Shown: positions 51,692-64,000 of the stretch, one piece after another
Numbering within the stretch: the first letter of the stretch is position 1
Layout of the letters: every line of letters begins with the position of its first letter
Assembly: GCF_006345805.1 (NCBI RefSeq)
Contig: NC_043000.1
Span: forward strand, 144,150,001 to 144,214,000
Direction of reading: 5' to 3'
Source: Octopus sinensis
Lineage: Eukaryota
DNA: 64,000 nucleotides
Made by a program: the position numbers and the translations under genes
Notes under the pieces: generated by a model
What the model saw: the letters and a program-made list of their open reading frames with translations, nothing else
What the model was told of the DNA's origin: nothing
The model's database searches: none

Positions 51692-53744
51692 GAATGCTAT
51701 CTAACTAATGAAATCCGTTTTTGGTTTGTTTTTTTCAGTTTCCACTTCTCTAGGATAGAAAGAAATGTGATGCAAACTCATCCGTTGTGTCTGGTAGTGC
51801 ACCACTACTAGAGGCTGTCTCTTTGATTAATAAAAACGTCAATTTAATATGAAGCGTGTACGCGTGTGTAATTTTAAAACCTTGAAAGTTTTCACACATA
51901 ATACATACACATTTCTAAACTATACTAAGTATTTAATAACATGCTATTTGTAATGAGTATGTTTGGATTCATTTTTCAAACAGAGAATGGATGTTCAGTT
52001 ACAAGAAACCGTGACACTGTCTGTGCCTTGCAGATATATTAATTTTAAGCGTCTTTTTCAATGAACTAAGCAATATGATAGACAATCAATATAGATGTAG
52101 CATTGAAATATTGATTTAAATATTCAGAAATGTAAGTTTAAATCTACTGCAGGTATTACGATTTGTTTCTAGTCATAATGTTTTATTCTGCGAATAACTA
52201 TTTCATGTTCCTCTCAAGGAGGAGGAGTATACCGGATTAAAGAGGTGATCTAATATGCTGGCTATTCTAGGTGAAAAAATGCCCTAAATCTACGTAATAT
52301 AAATTAGACCTGAGCGCCTGCATTTATATGTGAAATAAATGAAATGTAGAAATAAAATATGAAATACATGAAATTGACTGCATCCATTGCTTTCTCTGCA
52401 TCTTGGGCAACAGTGATATTTTGAAAATGACAGCTGAAAATGGTGGCGTTGCTTGTAAGATAAACGGCGCATTTGATATCGCCCGCCTTGGGCATATGCT
52501 ATCTAAGCGGACCACAAAACCGCCATTAATTTTCCCTTTTGGGGATCAGCCTCTTCTTAGATCGCTCATATATATTGTTATTACATATCAGCATCCCTAA
52601 ATCATCTCTTAATTTTTTCCTTCCCATTTGATGAGCAAGAAACTAGAGCGGAGCCCTTTTGCCACTCTGCTTTCTGTTATAACGAATCTCCGATTATCCT
52701 TATTCCATAGAACTATTGATTGTTAATACTCCTATCCCACTTCGTTTCATATTATGCACAGTGTATAACATTAAACGCAATAATTCCTCCCCAATCTTTC
52801 CCTTTACGTTACGTAAATGCTACGGATACCCACATCTGTTACAGTATATTTTTCTGCAGATAGATATGCTCTACATCGCAGCATAGACTCGATAAAAATA
52901 GCTTACATTTTAAAGAAATGAAACATTTATGAAATGGGTCATCTACTGTATCATACTCTGGCTGAACAGATCATCTAATAATACATACTAAATGCGGAAA
53001 ACTATAATAGTGCTACTTATAATCGAATACCAGACATTTTTTAGCAACCTATTAAATCATATTCTCTAAATTGATTGATAATTTAGAGTAAAAAATTCAG
53101 AAGCTCTGTGCTGGAAATATTTATGCACGTAAATAAAGATTGTAAAATATTTTTTCGTGAACTGGACATTTTTAGCAACCTAATTGGCTATTAAGTACGC
53201 ATTGTAGCACTAATCAACATGCCATGCGATATATAAGTTACATGTTATACATATGAAGGGCGAAATGAAGTACTAATAAAAAAATATGTTCACAGCAAGG
53301 AGACATCTTCAGATACATTTATTTCTAATAGAGATTATAGGTAATAAGACTGTGATAAGGAGCGCAATTAAACAGAAAATATTGCTTCGGCTTTCATTCG
53401 CCATTTTGAAGTCAAAATGTCTTCCAATTATGGAAGGATATATATGATGAGAGGTTGCAGATCATTTGGATTTCTACAGGTTGCAATGTATACTAGTGTC
53501 GAGAAGATAAACAAAGCAACGCAGAAATTTGATATAACATAAATGTGACTTCTTTGTAGACTTGATTACGATGTAAATCATGCTACAAAGGGAATCAGTT
53601 TGTACATATTAATTTCTACAGTTTTATTATATGCGAGGTATGTAGTACTATAGTCTAAGAGACTGAATGTACTTTTCTTCGAGACCTACGTATTTATATT
53701 AGTCTTGTATGTGAATGCACATGCATTTATATACGCGATAATCG

Positions 53745-53750
53745 TATATA

Positions 53751-53796
<46 letters not shown>

Positions 53797-54272
53797 GGGG
53801 GTGCTTATGCGTGCGTGTGAGTGTATGTGTGTGTTTGTGTGTGAGTGTATGTGTGTGTGTAAATATATATCTAGATGCATAAATATGTATATATGTAAAT
53901 ATATTATATATATATATATATATATATAATATAATATAATATAATGTAATATATATATATAAGATATGATAATAGCATATATATGTGACATATATAATTT
54001 ATGTTACATATATGAATAGAATATATATATATATTATGTATCTATATAAACATAAATATAATTAATATATATAATATATATATATATACACATAAATAAA
54101 TACCATATATAAAATATATATTATAGAATATATATATATAATATAATATATATATATAATATAAATATAAATAATATATATATATATTATATAATATACA
54201 TATAATATATATATAATATAAATATAAATAATATATATAGGTCACAATATATAAAATCTATATATATATAAA
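53745..54272. repeat. Degenerate (TA)n-rich tract
   Basis: Read directly. Confidence 0.9.
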
Positions 54273-54304
54273 CTTAGATAAAGTTAGATATGTTTCGACA
54301 AAAT

Positions 54305-54678
54305 ATTGGTCCAGGCCATGTCTAAATTAATAGCACAACCTGATATGATTATTTGAATCCTGTTTAAGTCAAGTTTTGTTTATGGTCCATTGAAGTAGTG
54401 AGTTTTTGTCGGGTGAGTTGTATCCAATAATGGGTGCTTATCTGGTATTCCTTGAAGGAATCTATCCAGACTCCGTTTAAAGTTGATGGAATCCTTTTCC
54501 TCTTTCGGGACAATGTTAAATAGGGCAGGGCCTGTTGAGGAAAATAAATTATGTTGCAGGGTACATGTATGCTGTGATCTTGAATTGGGCACGGGACGTA
54601 CGGCCCGTGGTCCCAGTCTTGGATGAACCTTGAAGCTACTGTTCAGGTCGTTTGGGCAAAGTTGGCGGTATATATCTC

Positions 54679-54679
<1 letters not shown>
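54305..54679 (-). mobile_element. CR1-type LINE 3' end fragment
   Basis: IYRQLCPNDL...FKVHPRLGPRA...FSSTGPALFNIVPK...FKRSLDRFLQGIPD, then a 3'UTR. Confidence 0.78.
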
Positions 54680-54728
<49 letters not shown>

Positions 54729-55012
54729 AAATACATATATAATATATATATATATAATATATATAATAATATATATATATACAAAGAGCAATAAAGATTC
54801 AAGTTAATTTAAAAATTACTTGAATATGGTACCTAAATTAGATGCACCAAAAAAAACTTACTGATAACAATACAGTAATGTGGGGTGATATAAGCGAGAA
54901 GAAGCAACAAGAATGCATCCATTCTTGTTGCTTCTTTCTCGTATATATATATATATATATATATAAATAATCTACATAATATATATAACATGTGTATATA
55001 TATGAAAATATT

Positions 55013-55046
<34 letters not shown>

Positions 55047-55224
55047 GTTATTTAATTGGTGCAAGATATTTTATGTGAAGTCGTATGTTGAAACAGTATT
55101 ATATATTTCGGAAAAGGTCATTTTGCCAGTTTAGCCAATCAAAACACGAGCACTATATATTTGGTGTTACTTTGCTTCAGTGTTATACATATATTTACAT
55201 ATACATACATATATATGAGTGCTC

Positions 55225-55770
55225 ATTACCAGCATTGTAACAAAGTGCAGCCGAATGGCTGGATGGATCCTGAGTACATTCAGAACCATAGAAAATGGAA
55301 CGATGTTGGTCTTCTGGAGGACTATGTCCTCAGCCGCCAGGATTACTGCTCCCAACTTTCGTCACCCAACAGTGTAAAATCAACAGCTGAATCTGAAGCA
55401 ATCTATCGAAGCGTCACAATGATGATCGTCTAATAGCAATAGCTCAATTATTGGGAAAGGCTGAAACAGCTAAGACTCTACACCCTGGAGCAAATGCGAG
55501 AGAGGTATTCAGTGACATGCATACAGAAGAAGCTTTACGGGACAGTGCTAATTTTTGGCATTAACAGTTACACCAACCCGAGAAATGGTCGACATTGAAC
55601 ACTGCCCAAAATCCCAGCAATGCCATTGCACTTCAGGTTCAGAACTGGTTACTACAACAGTCTGGGTTTCAGGAGCCCACAGCTTTTTAATATAGCCCCA
55701 AAGAGCATAAGGAAAAAACACAAAGTTGATATAGGTGTTATCCTCTACCTATCGAGTGTTTCAGATGGCA
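55225..55770 (+). mobile_element. CR1-type LINE 3' fragment (same family as 5783-6375)
   Basis: KCSRMAGWILSTFRT...DYCSQLSSP...NYWERLKQLRLYTLEQMRERY...RSPQLFNIAPK. Confidence 0.82.
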
Positions 55771-56039
55771 AACAGAAGGTACAAAAATATAATACATATA
55801 ATATATATATATATAGATATAGCATAATTAAATCTCAGAATGAGATTGAAACAGTAACCGCTCGATAATGTAAAGTATAGAAGCCATCTTATCATGGCTA
55901 ACCACATTGGGGAGGGGGTTGCTACTGTAGCTTTATAGTCCCAAGAGATCTTCGTCTCTAGCTGGCTCTAAACACAATATCTGTGTCTTTGGAGTATTTG
56001 CAAAGGGAGGCCATCCCTTCCTCGCAAGCCTGAGTGATA

Positions 56040-56083
56040 CGCTAGAACTAGTTTCGGGATGGTTGTCCCTCGTCAACGGGCGG
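56040..56083 (-). ncRNA. Type I minimal hammerhead ribozyme-like motif
   Basis: Minus: cgcccg TTGACGA ggga-caacca-tccc GAAA ctag T T ctagcg; G-C-closed helix II and palindromic CUAG loop; C3 is U. Confidence 0.6.
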
Positions 56084-56546
56084 TAACCACCAGGTAGCGA
56101 TGAAAGTGAAGGCTCCTTTGCAAATAGATATAAGTTTTTCTAATGGCGTCTGCCACTGATGTCGAAAAACGAACGGTAAGCATAATTAAATCTCAGAATG
56201 AGATTGAAACAGTAATCGGTCGATAATGTAAAGTATAGAAGCCATCTTATCATAGGGATGGCCTCCCTTTGCAAATACTCCAAGGACACGGATATTGTGT
56301 CTAAAGCCACCTTGAGACGAAGATCTCTTGGGGCTATAAAGCTACAGTAACACGCCCTCCCCAATGTGGTTAGCCATGATAAGATGGCTTCTATACTTTA
56401 CATTATCGATCGATTACTGTTTCAATCTCATTCTGAGATATAATTAAGCTTACTGTTCGTTTTTCGACATCAGTGACAGACGCCATTAGAAAAACTTATA
56501 TCTATTTGCAAAGGAGCCTTCACTTTCATCGCTACCTGGTGGTTAC

Positions 56547-56589
56547 CGCCCGTTCACGAGGGACAACAATCCCGAAACTAGTTCGAGCG
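56547..56589 (+). ncRNA. Second copy of the hammerhead-like motif (core mutated to TTCACGA)
   Basis: cgcccg ttcacga ggga-caacaa-tccc gaaa ctag tt cgagcg. Confidence 0.5.
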
Positions 56590-57179
56590 TATCACTCAGG
56601 CTTGCGAGGAAGGGATGGCCTCCCTTTGCAAATATCAAAGACACAGATATTGTGTTTAGAGCCAGTTAGAGACGAAGATCTCTTGGGGCTATAAAGCTAC
56701 AGTAATACCCCCTCCCCAATGTGGTTAGCCATGATAAGATGGTTCTATACTTTACATATATAATAATATATATATATATATAATATATATATATACATAT
56801 TATATATATATATGCATATAATATATATAATATATAAAATATATAATATATATATATATAATGTATATATATATATCATATATATATTAAATACATATAA
56901 TATTATAAATAGATAAGTGTATTTTTACCTGTTAACAATTAACACGGAAAAAATAAATAAATAGTTACCAGGGTAGAAAAAATCTCACAAGTAAAGATGT
57001 TGTAACCTTGTTTATAAGGTAGAAACTTCGTGTTTACGTTGAATATATTCTGAATAATATATGAATAAATAAATGGAGTTAACGCAGGCGTAATCAAATA
57101 TTTTTAGTTTCGACACATGTTTCGAAAATTCCACTTAAACTCCATTTATTTATTTATATATATAATATATATAATATAT

Positions 57180-57220
<41 letters not shown>

Positions 57221-57386
57221 GTAATATATATATTATACTTTCACTTGTTTAGTCTTTTACTACGACAATGCTGGAGTACCGCCTTTAGTCGAGCAAAACA
57301 ACCCCAGTACTTAAATACATGTATATATATACATATACATATATTATATAATATATAATCTATATATATCTATATATATAATATAT

Positions 57387-57420
<34 letters not shown>

Positions 57421-57511
57421 ACATAATATGCATATAATGTAATACCACACATATATATGTATACATAATATGATATATTAAAAATAATACATATTACAAA
57501 TATTATATAAA

Positions 57512-57563
<52 letters not shown>

Positions 57564-59300
57564 TATTATATAAATATATACATATATACATGTTCAGACA
57601 GGTGTGAAAGCACAAAACAGAATTATTAGTTTAATTCTCGGGAAGTGTGGAACTCTTTTATGTTTCGAGCCTAAGCTCTTCAATAGATAGGAACGCGCAA
57701 ACAACCAGGGAGATGAGATAAAAAGTTTTAGTTGCTAGCGATCTATTATAGAAAATAAAATTGTATATATACTCCTTTATTCTTCCTTTATTTTTTCACC
57801 ATCTTTACTCGAACCAATCGTTCTGGCTGTCTGTGTGTGTGTGTCTTCTCGGATCTCGGGCATCCTCCATCCTATTGCGCTCAAATTAGATATGTACATA
57901 CCGATCGTATCAGGGCGTGTATAAATCTTGAAATAATGAAAAAAATCGATTGCAGGTTAAAATGCGATCGATAAAGCGGTTTTTGTCCTGCTTTTCATCC
58001 GTGAACCTGTACGTAACTGCACGTTGCATTTTTTGTTGATTTTGTACTGCTCAAAGGCACGTTTCTTTCCTGCCAAGCTTACTGTTTAAACCATGTTTCT
58101 GGTCTCCCAGTCAACAGCCTTGTCATTACTAGTAGTTTAAACTATTCGGTTACATATTTGTGTGAATAATATCGTTTTTCTTTGGAATAGTAAAAATTCT
58201 ATCTTTATGTCTTCTTTTGCTGGTGTCTCAAATGTAGGTTAAATCAGTGTTTCTCAAAGGGAAGGCCTATAGGACTGTCGGACAAGTTGTTTTGAGAAAA
58301 TTTGGTTTAAATGTTTGACAACGTAGCACCGTCCATTGGACGGGGGCGTTTTGTTCATATATATGTACGTATATATATATATATACGTCATTGTTCAGTT
58401 TTATTTCAAGATTTCTTGCCAATAGAGAAATGGCATATAGTTGCATATCTAGAAATGGTTATATATATTTAAATGATAGACTCCCGGAAAGTTTTACAAA
58501 CTTTTACAATTCCAGTGATGGATTTGATCTGTAGTCTTCGAATTAGCTTTCTTCTTCTGGTTTTGAGAAGCCTATTTCTTAAGATTGATATTTAGCAGTG
58601 TGTTACATATCTCAAGGCGCCAATACTTACAGGTATAAGCCTGGAATGAGAGACTGCAGATTTCTTAATAGTTCAGCGTAGCTATACAATGCATGCATAC
58701 ACGTATGTATAAATGTATGTGTATATACATATACATGTTTATGTATATACACATACATTTATACTTATATACTTGATTATATACATAATACATAGAGGCA
58801 GGCAGACACGTTCATGCATATGTAAGTATATATGTCCATATCAATAGATACTACTTGAAATTATACAATCCATAGAGAATATTTGATTTAGCTTCACAAA
58901 CATATAAGAACGAAATGAAGTAGGGTACTTAGAATTTAGGTGTCAGAACATTTTCAATTAAGTATATACCAAAGGTATTTCATTCGGAATATATTCTACA
59001 AAGTTACATCACCAGTGATTTAGTGTGGTGCTTTCAAATGACATAACAGAGCACTAACGTTATGTATACATTTGATATTCAAATGCGAATAGCAATCCAT
59101 AACCGCGCAAAATATTACTATATATTCATGTTCACAACCCTGGAAGATATTAACGTATTTCTCTTATAAACTCTGAAATATAGATTAATTATTAACATAT
59201 ATTTCTAGTCACTATATTGCTCTGAATCTGCCTGTCTGTCACTCGTTCTTTATGAATTTATATAAATATATATACCTATATATGTGCGTTATATATATAT

Positions 59301-59355
<55 letters not shown>

Positions 59356-59439
59356 AGATAGATAGATACATCGATAGATAGATAGATTATATACATATAT
59401 ACATATCTATACATACATCTATATATGTATAAGTATGTG

Positions 59440-59481
<42 letters not shown>

Positions 59482-59961
59482 AGAGAGAGTGTGGGTGTGT
59501 TCAGTGTGTGTGCACGTGTTTGTGTGTATGCGTATGTTTATGGATGTATACATCCATCAACTGTTTAGCTCTCTAGCTAGCTATTTACCTACATGTATAT
59601 GCCTTGCTCTTTTTTAGTCTTTTTTGCAACTCATATTTATGAATCACGTCTCTACGCATCACCGCTACCGCGATGGCTATATTTTGAGATGGGATATGTA
59701 ATATCCAAATATTTCTAGATTTTGTTTGTTGTTGATATTCTGTCTATTTCAAGAACAGCAGCATAGGTTAACAGCAATAAGATACAGGATGTGACTTGTA
59801 ACATTTAAATTCCAATCGCCATGGCTATGGCTCCTCATTCAGAAAAAGGTCAGATCCCCTCCTTTTCCTTTGTGGCAGATAAAGGTAAATAACTGTTATA
59901 TCTTGAAAACAAAGAACTCGATTATTATACTCTGTTTATATTATACTGTTATTTATTTACT

Positions 59962-60800
59962 CGATGTTATATCAAGATTCACGGACAAATTTTAACATCA
60001 ACTACTTAGAGAAAGTTATCTTGCACAGCACTACACCAGTGCCAGCATCCCTGTCGACCTGGAAGTCAGTGCTTGTAAGTGAGTCGTGGATCTTCGGCCG
60101 TACGCTCTGGATTTTGACCACGAAGTTTAGCTGTTTTCATCCTGCGGAAGATAGGAAGTCCACAAATGCTACATCAGGCGTAAAGGTGTTTGCAGAAGCG
60201 ATATCATGTTGTTCTTGGCGAGAAACTTACGAGAGAAGAGAGTTCGGTGACAGGTTACATGGTCGTCGTGAAGAATCCTTTTCTTTGCGCTTCTCAAATC
60301 AGGACACTTTTGCCAGATGTCCTCGTTCGAACGGTTAGGATACATGAAAGTAGAACTCTCAACTAACGTCCAGGCACTGGGTGTCAAATTCACGATGCAC
60401 AATACAGTATTTCCAGGGACTATGCTAGTGGCAGCTCTTCTGATTTCACATAGTCTCCCGGGGAGTTTCTTCCGCTTTTCAGGTACCCGTGTCATTTGAT
60501 GCATTTAGGACAACCAATTGCCTCATCACTGTAAGTTTGTTGAAGCACTCTCAAATTCAAATTCTCAAGTTTGACGTAAAATTTCCTGGTGGTGCTTTGT
60601 TTCTGCCCATACAAGTTCACAAACTACAGCATATACTTGATAACATAAACACAAATTTCATAACTTGCAAAGTAAACACTGCGATGTCACTCGGCACAGA
60701 GCTTTATCAAGGTCACAACTAGCTATCATTGCGCATGCAACTGTGTGCTACCATTTGCTGGTACTCTACTGAACTAGACCGGAACTTTTGATACCACTTC
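59962..60800 (-). mobile_element. Internally deleted mariner (Tc1/mariner) transposon
   Basis: 5' end TA|CGAAGTGGTATCAAAAGTTCCGG (reverse complement at 60779-60802); degenerate opposite TIR near 59962; translation CPDLRSAKKRILHDDHVTCHRTLFSRKFLAKNNMISL, resembling WILHHDNAPAH...FLAKN. Confidence 0.78.
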
Positions 60801-61137
60801 GTACATCAAAGGGCACCAATTTGTTAATAGAATGAACTGGTTGCTGACTAAATCTATTTTTCTCCATACTTTCGTCTATGAACACATCTTTTATGGTTCA
60901 TACCTGGAGGATTATTCATCAATTTGCTTTCGCACGAAATATTTGGGGAGTTTAAATTTATTCATCTCTTTCGTCGAAGTAAAACGATTCTTTGATATGT
61001 TGTTGATCATACACATATTAGCGGAAAATAACACAATTATTACATTTGTTATGGACTTATTTCCAATTATTGACTAGTATTAAAGAGAAGTCTAGTATCG
61101 AAAAAAGAAGAAACGAATTTTCTGGCTATTGATGGGG

Positions 61138-61270
61138 CACGGAATGTGTGCCTATAGCCAGCTGGAGGAGACATTCTCCTGGGGCTACAAGCTACAGTAA
61201 CACCCACCCTCAGTGGTTAGCCATATTGAGATGGCAAATATACCTCACATTGTCATGCAGTCCCTGTTTA
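61138..61270 (+). mobile_element. Diverged fragment of the 55821-56757 family
   Basis: ctggggctacaagctacagtaacacccaccctcagtggttagccatattgagatgg versus ttggggctataaagctacagtaataccccctccccaatgtggttagccatgataagatgg. Confidence 0.7.
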
Positions 61271-61295
61271 TACCCTGTTTAGAGATTTATTATTG

Positions 61296-61341
<46 letters not shown>

Positions 61342-61346
61342 ATATG

Positions 61347-61477
61347 TACTCTTCATTTCGAGCATTCAACGAAATATGAGTCTTCGATGACGGTTGATCC
61401 CATAAATTCCAAAACAAAATTTAGAGCAACTGTCTTTGAAGACTCATATTGTCGTTAAATGCTTGAAATGAAGAGTA
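61347..61477. repeat. 131 bp fold-back element (~50 bp arms) flanked by (TA)n on both sides
   Basis: tactcttcatttcgagcattcaacgaaatatgagtcttc ... gaagactcatattgtcgttaaatgcttgaaatgaagagta. Confidence 0.8.
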
Positions 61478-61481
61478 TATA

Positions 61482-61525
<44 letters not shown>

Positions 61526-61526
<1 letters not shown>

Positions 61527-64000
61527 CTCAATGCACAAGGTGTCAGCCCTTCCATCAATGCACAAAAATGGAAGGTCCATTCATTGAAGACTGGGTTGGT
61601 AACCATTCACACCACATCCCTTTCTTCATTCTCACTGAGACCCACCTTGACAACTCCCACTTGGAAGCCGAAGTGAGAGTGAAGAATTTCACAACCATCC
61701 GCGCGGATCGTATCGGCAGGAGGAAGGGTGGAACTGCCATTTTCCTGCATGATTCATTTGCGGCAGATGGAAATAGTATATTCTCCAACGGCTACTGTGA
61801 ATCGGTCACCGTGCACAACAAAGCCAATGACCTGACAGTAATTGGGCTCTATAGGCCGCCCCAAACACCCATACTGTGCTTTAAAGAATGCCTCAACATC
61901 ATTAAGTGCTTTATTCAACAGTGCCATGCTAGCAACATACTCATGATGGGAGACTCCAATCTACCCTGTGTTGACTGGACTACAAACTGTTTGAAACCAA
62001 GCACCCCCGCCTCAACCGCTGACAAAGAAGCAGCAGAGTCACTTTTCGACTTTACGAATGAGTTTTTCTTGTCCCAACTTGGCCTTGCACCAACAAGACA
62101 TCAGAACATTTTGGACCTAGTGTTTAGTAACCACACTAACACTATACATAACGTTACAGTGGAAAAAACCCTTCTTTCAGACCATGACATGGTTCTCTGT
62201 AACATGAAATTCCACCAGCCGAAAGCTAATCCTAGTGACCTCCCTCCAGCCCACCCATTTGACAACATGGATCTCCATAATGCCAACTGGGATGCAATCA
62301 GGAACGAGCTATCACATGTTGACTGGTCCTTTACACATACACACATCTCCACCAACCATAAAACATCTTGGCAGATCTTTGTAGACACCGTCACAGACAT
62401 ATGTGCAAAACACTCCCCACCAAGACCTGTGAACAAAAAGTGCAGAATCCCCCAAAACAGAAAAACCATTATCAGAAAAATAAAAAGAACAAACAAAAAA
62501 ATTAACAAACTAAAGTACTGCCAACAGCAACACACACATTCGACGGCTATCGCACTGCTTGAATCCAAAAAATATAACCTCCAACAATGCATGAAGACCC
62601 TCATCAATAACCAAAGATCAGCTGAGGAGAAGTGGGCCATTGAAAAAATCAAACTCAACCCTAAAGTGTTCTTTTCATTTGCGAGGAAACGCAGGGTCAC
62701 TGTCTCCATTGTTGGCCCTCTAATTGACGAAACTGGCACTCTCCAAGATAATGCCAAATCCATGGCCGAGATACTGCAGAAACAATACTGCTCTGTTTTC
62801 AGCAATCCTGATATGGCCGATCTGGGCTGTATCAGTGATGTCAACCCCCAACACACTATATCGGACATAACGTTTAGTGCCCCTGATGTCTTAGCGGCGA
62901 TAAACGAAATAAAACACAATTCAGCAGTAGGCCCCGATAGGTTCCCTGCTTGTGTCCTGAAGGTGTGTCGACACTAACTTGCATCTCCCCTTGCTAATCT
63001 GTGGAGAAACTCACTGGATGCTGGCTATATTCCAAAAAACCTTCTGTCCCAGTCTGTTGTCCCAGTTTTCAAAAAGGGAAACAAGTCCCTTGCAGTGAAC
63101 TACCGTCCGATCTCACTCACCTCTCATATCATCAAGGTATTTGAGAGGGTGGTGAGATCTCGAATAACCCAATTTCTGGAAAACAACAGACGGCTGATCT
63201 CCAACCAACATGGCTTCCGTAATGGAAGGGACTGCATAGCGCAGCTCCTGCATCATTTTGATGACATTTTGAGAGCTTTGGGAGAGGGCTCCAACACCGA
63301 TGTCATCTACCTTGATTTCAGTAAGGCCTTTGACAGGGTCGATCACAAGATTCTATTGAAAAAACTATCCAACGTTGGTGTCTCTGACAGACAGATCTCA
63401 ACATGTTGTAGTTGAAGGGGTAAAATCAAGCCCAGCCAAAGTCAGTAGTGGCGTTCCGCAAGACACTGTGCTGGGCCCACTTCTGTTCATCATTTACATT
63501 AATGACATTAATGACATCATCAAGCACAGCAACATAAAAATTTTTGCAGATGATTCCAAGCTACAGAAGGTCATAAATGAGGCGAGTGACCGGACATGCC
63601 TTCAGTCAGATCTACTGGCTGTTATCCAATGGGCAGAAAACAATAATATGTTGCTGAACGAGGATAAATTTGAGTTAATCCACTTTCGAAAAGAGGATGC
63701 CCTGGAACTCCCATACTCCCTTCAGGTGAAACTCTCGCGGCGTCCAACAACATCAGAGACTTGGGAGTAATTGTGGACAACAACATAAGCTGGGCCACTC
63801 ATATAAACACCAAAGTTGACATGGCCCGCAGAATGTGTTCCTGGATTCTCAGAACTTTCCAGTCGAGAGATATCCACACCATTATCCTTCTCTTCTCCAC
63901 TTTTGCCCGACCCCACCTTGAATACTGTTGTCCACTGTGGTCTCCCCACACAATACAAGGTATCAAAAAAGTTGAAGCACTTCAAAGGGCAATCACAAAA
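61526..64000 (+). mobile_element. CR1-type LINE ORF2 (APE endonuclease + RT), pseudogenised, continues beyond the window
   Basis: LNAQG, LTETHL, RADRIGRRKGG, LYRPP, MGDSNLP, ILDLVF, LSDHDMV (APE); NYRPISLTS, QHGFR, YLDFSKAFDRVDH, SGVPQ.TVLGPLLF, IFADD (RT). Stop at 62975-62977; frameshifts near 63380 and 63720. Confidence 0.93.

Larger units (their letters stand above)
55821..56757. mobile_element. Non-autonomous hammerhead-bearing retroelement (retrozyme/Penelope pLTR-like); 357-358 bp monomer, 1.2 + 1.4 copies head-to-head, inside (TA)n
   Basis: agcataattaaatctc recurs at 55821 and 56179; agggatggcctccc recurs at 56254 and 56611; the right arm is the reverse complement of the left unit. 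Confidence 0.85.

Noticed and set aside
52304-52515. Possible host exon on the minus strand (AGDIKCAVYLTSNATIFSCHFQNITVAQDAEKAMDA)
   Set aside because: No recognisable domain and no clear donor/acceptor pair; cannot be excluded without RNA-seq or homology search.
57800-58340. Possible Helitron/DINE-like non-autonomous element
   Set aside because: It resembles such elements only loosely, and I could not define diagnostic termini.

Overview
AT-rich eukaryotic DNA, intergenic or intronic. I found no intact host protein-coding gene, and nearly all ORFs in the track are microsatellite translations. The tRNA-derived SINE families and the dense (TA)n/(AAT)n/(GATA)n tracts suggest an octopus genome (inference). 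The window is a mosaic of mobile elements. Retroelements: a near-intact 5'-truncated L1/Tx1-type LINE plus an old internally deleted relative, CR1-type LINEs (one with APE+RT running off the right edge), an RTE-type remnant, Penelope-like remnants (RT C-terminus; GIY-YIG endonuclease with an inverted pLTR) and many SINEs. DNA transposons: a decayed Chapaev3 element, two mariner remnants, a pogo/Tigger-like MITE and a non-autonomous Helitron. The most interesting signal is a set of non-coding elements inside (TA)n tracts that carry minimal hammerhead-ribozyme-like motifs. Two of them (558-559 bp and 357-358 bp monomers) are tandem, circularly permuted and head-to-head inverted, i.e. retrozyme/Penelope-pLTR-like. 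Also notable: a SINE 3' tail matching the Tx1 LINE 3' end, Tx1 copies sitting in microsatellites, a head-to-head SINE composite within one target-site duplication, and a nested templated inversion in a 2.1 kb fold-back element. All family calls come from manual translation and recognition, not database searches.
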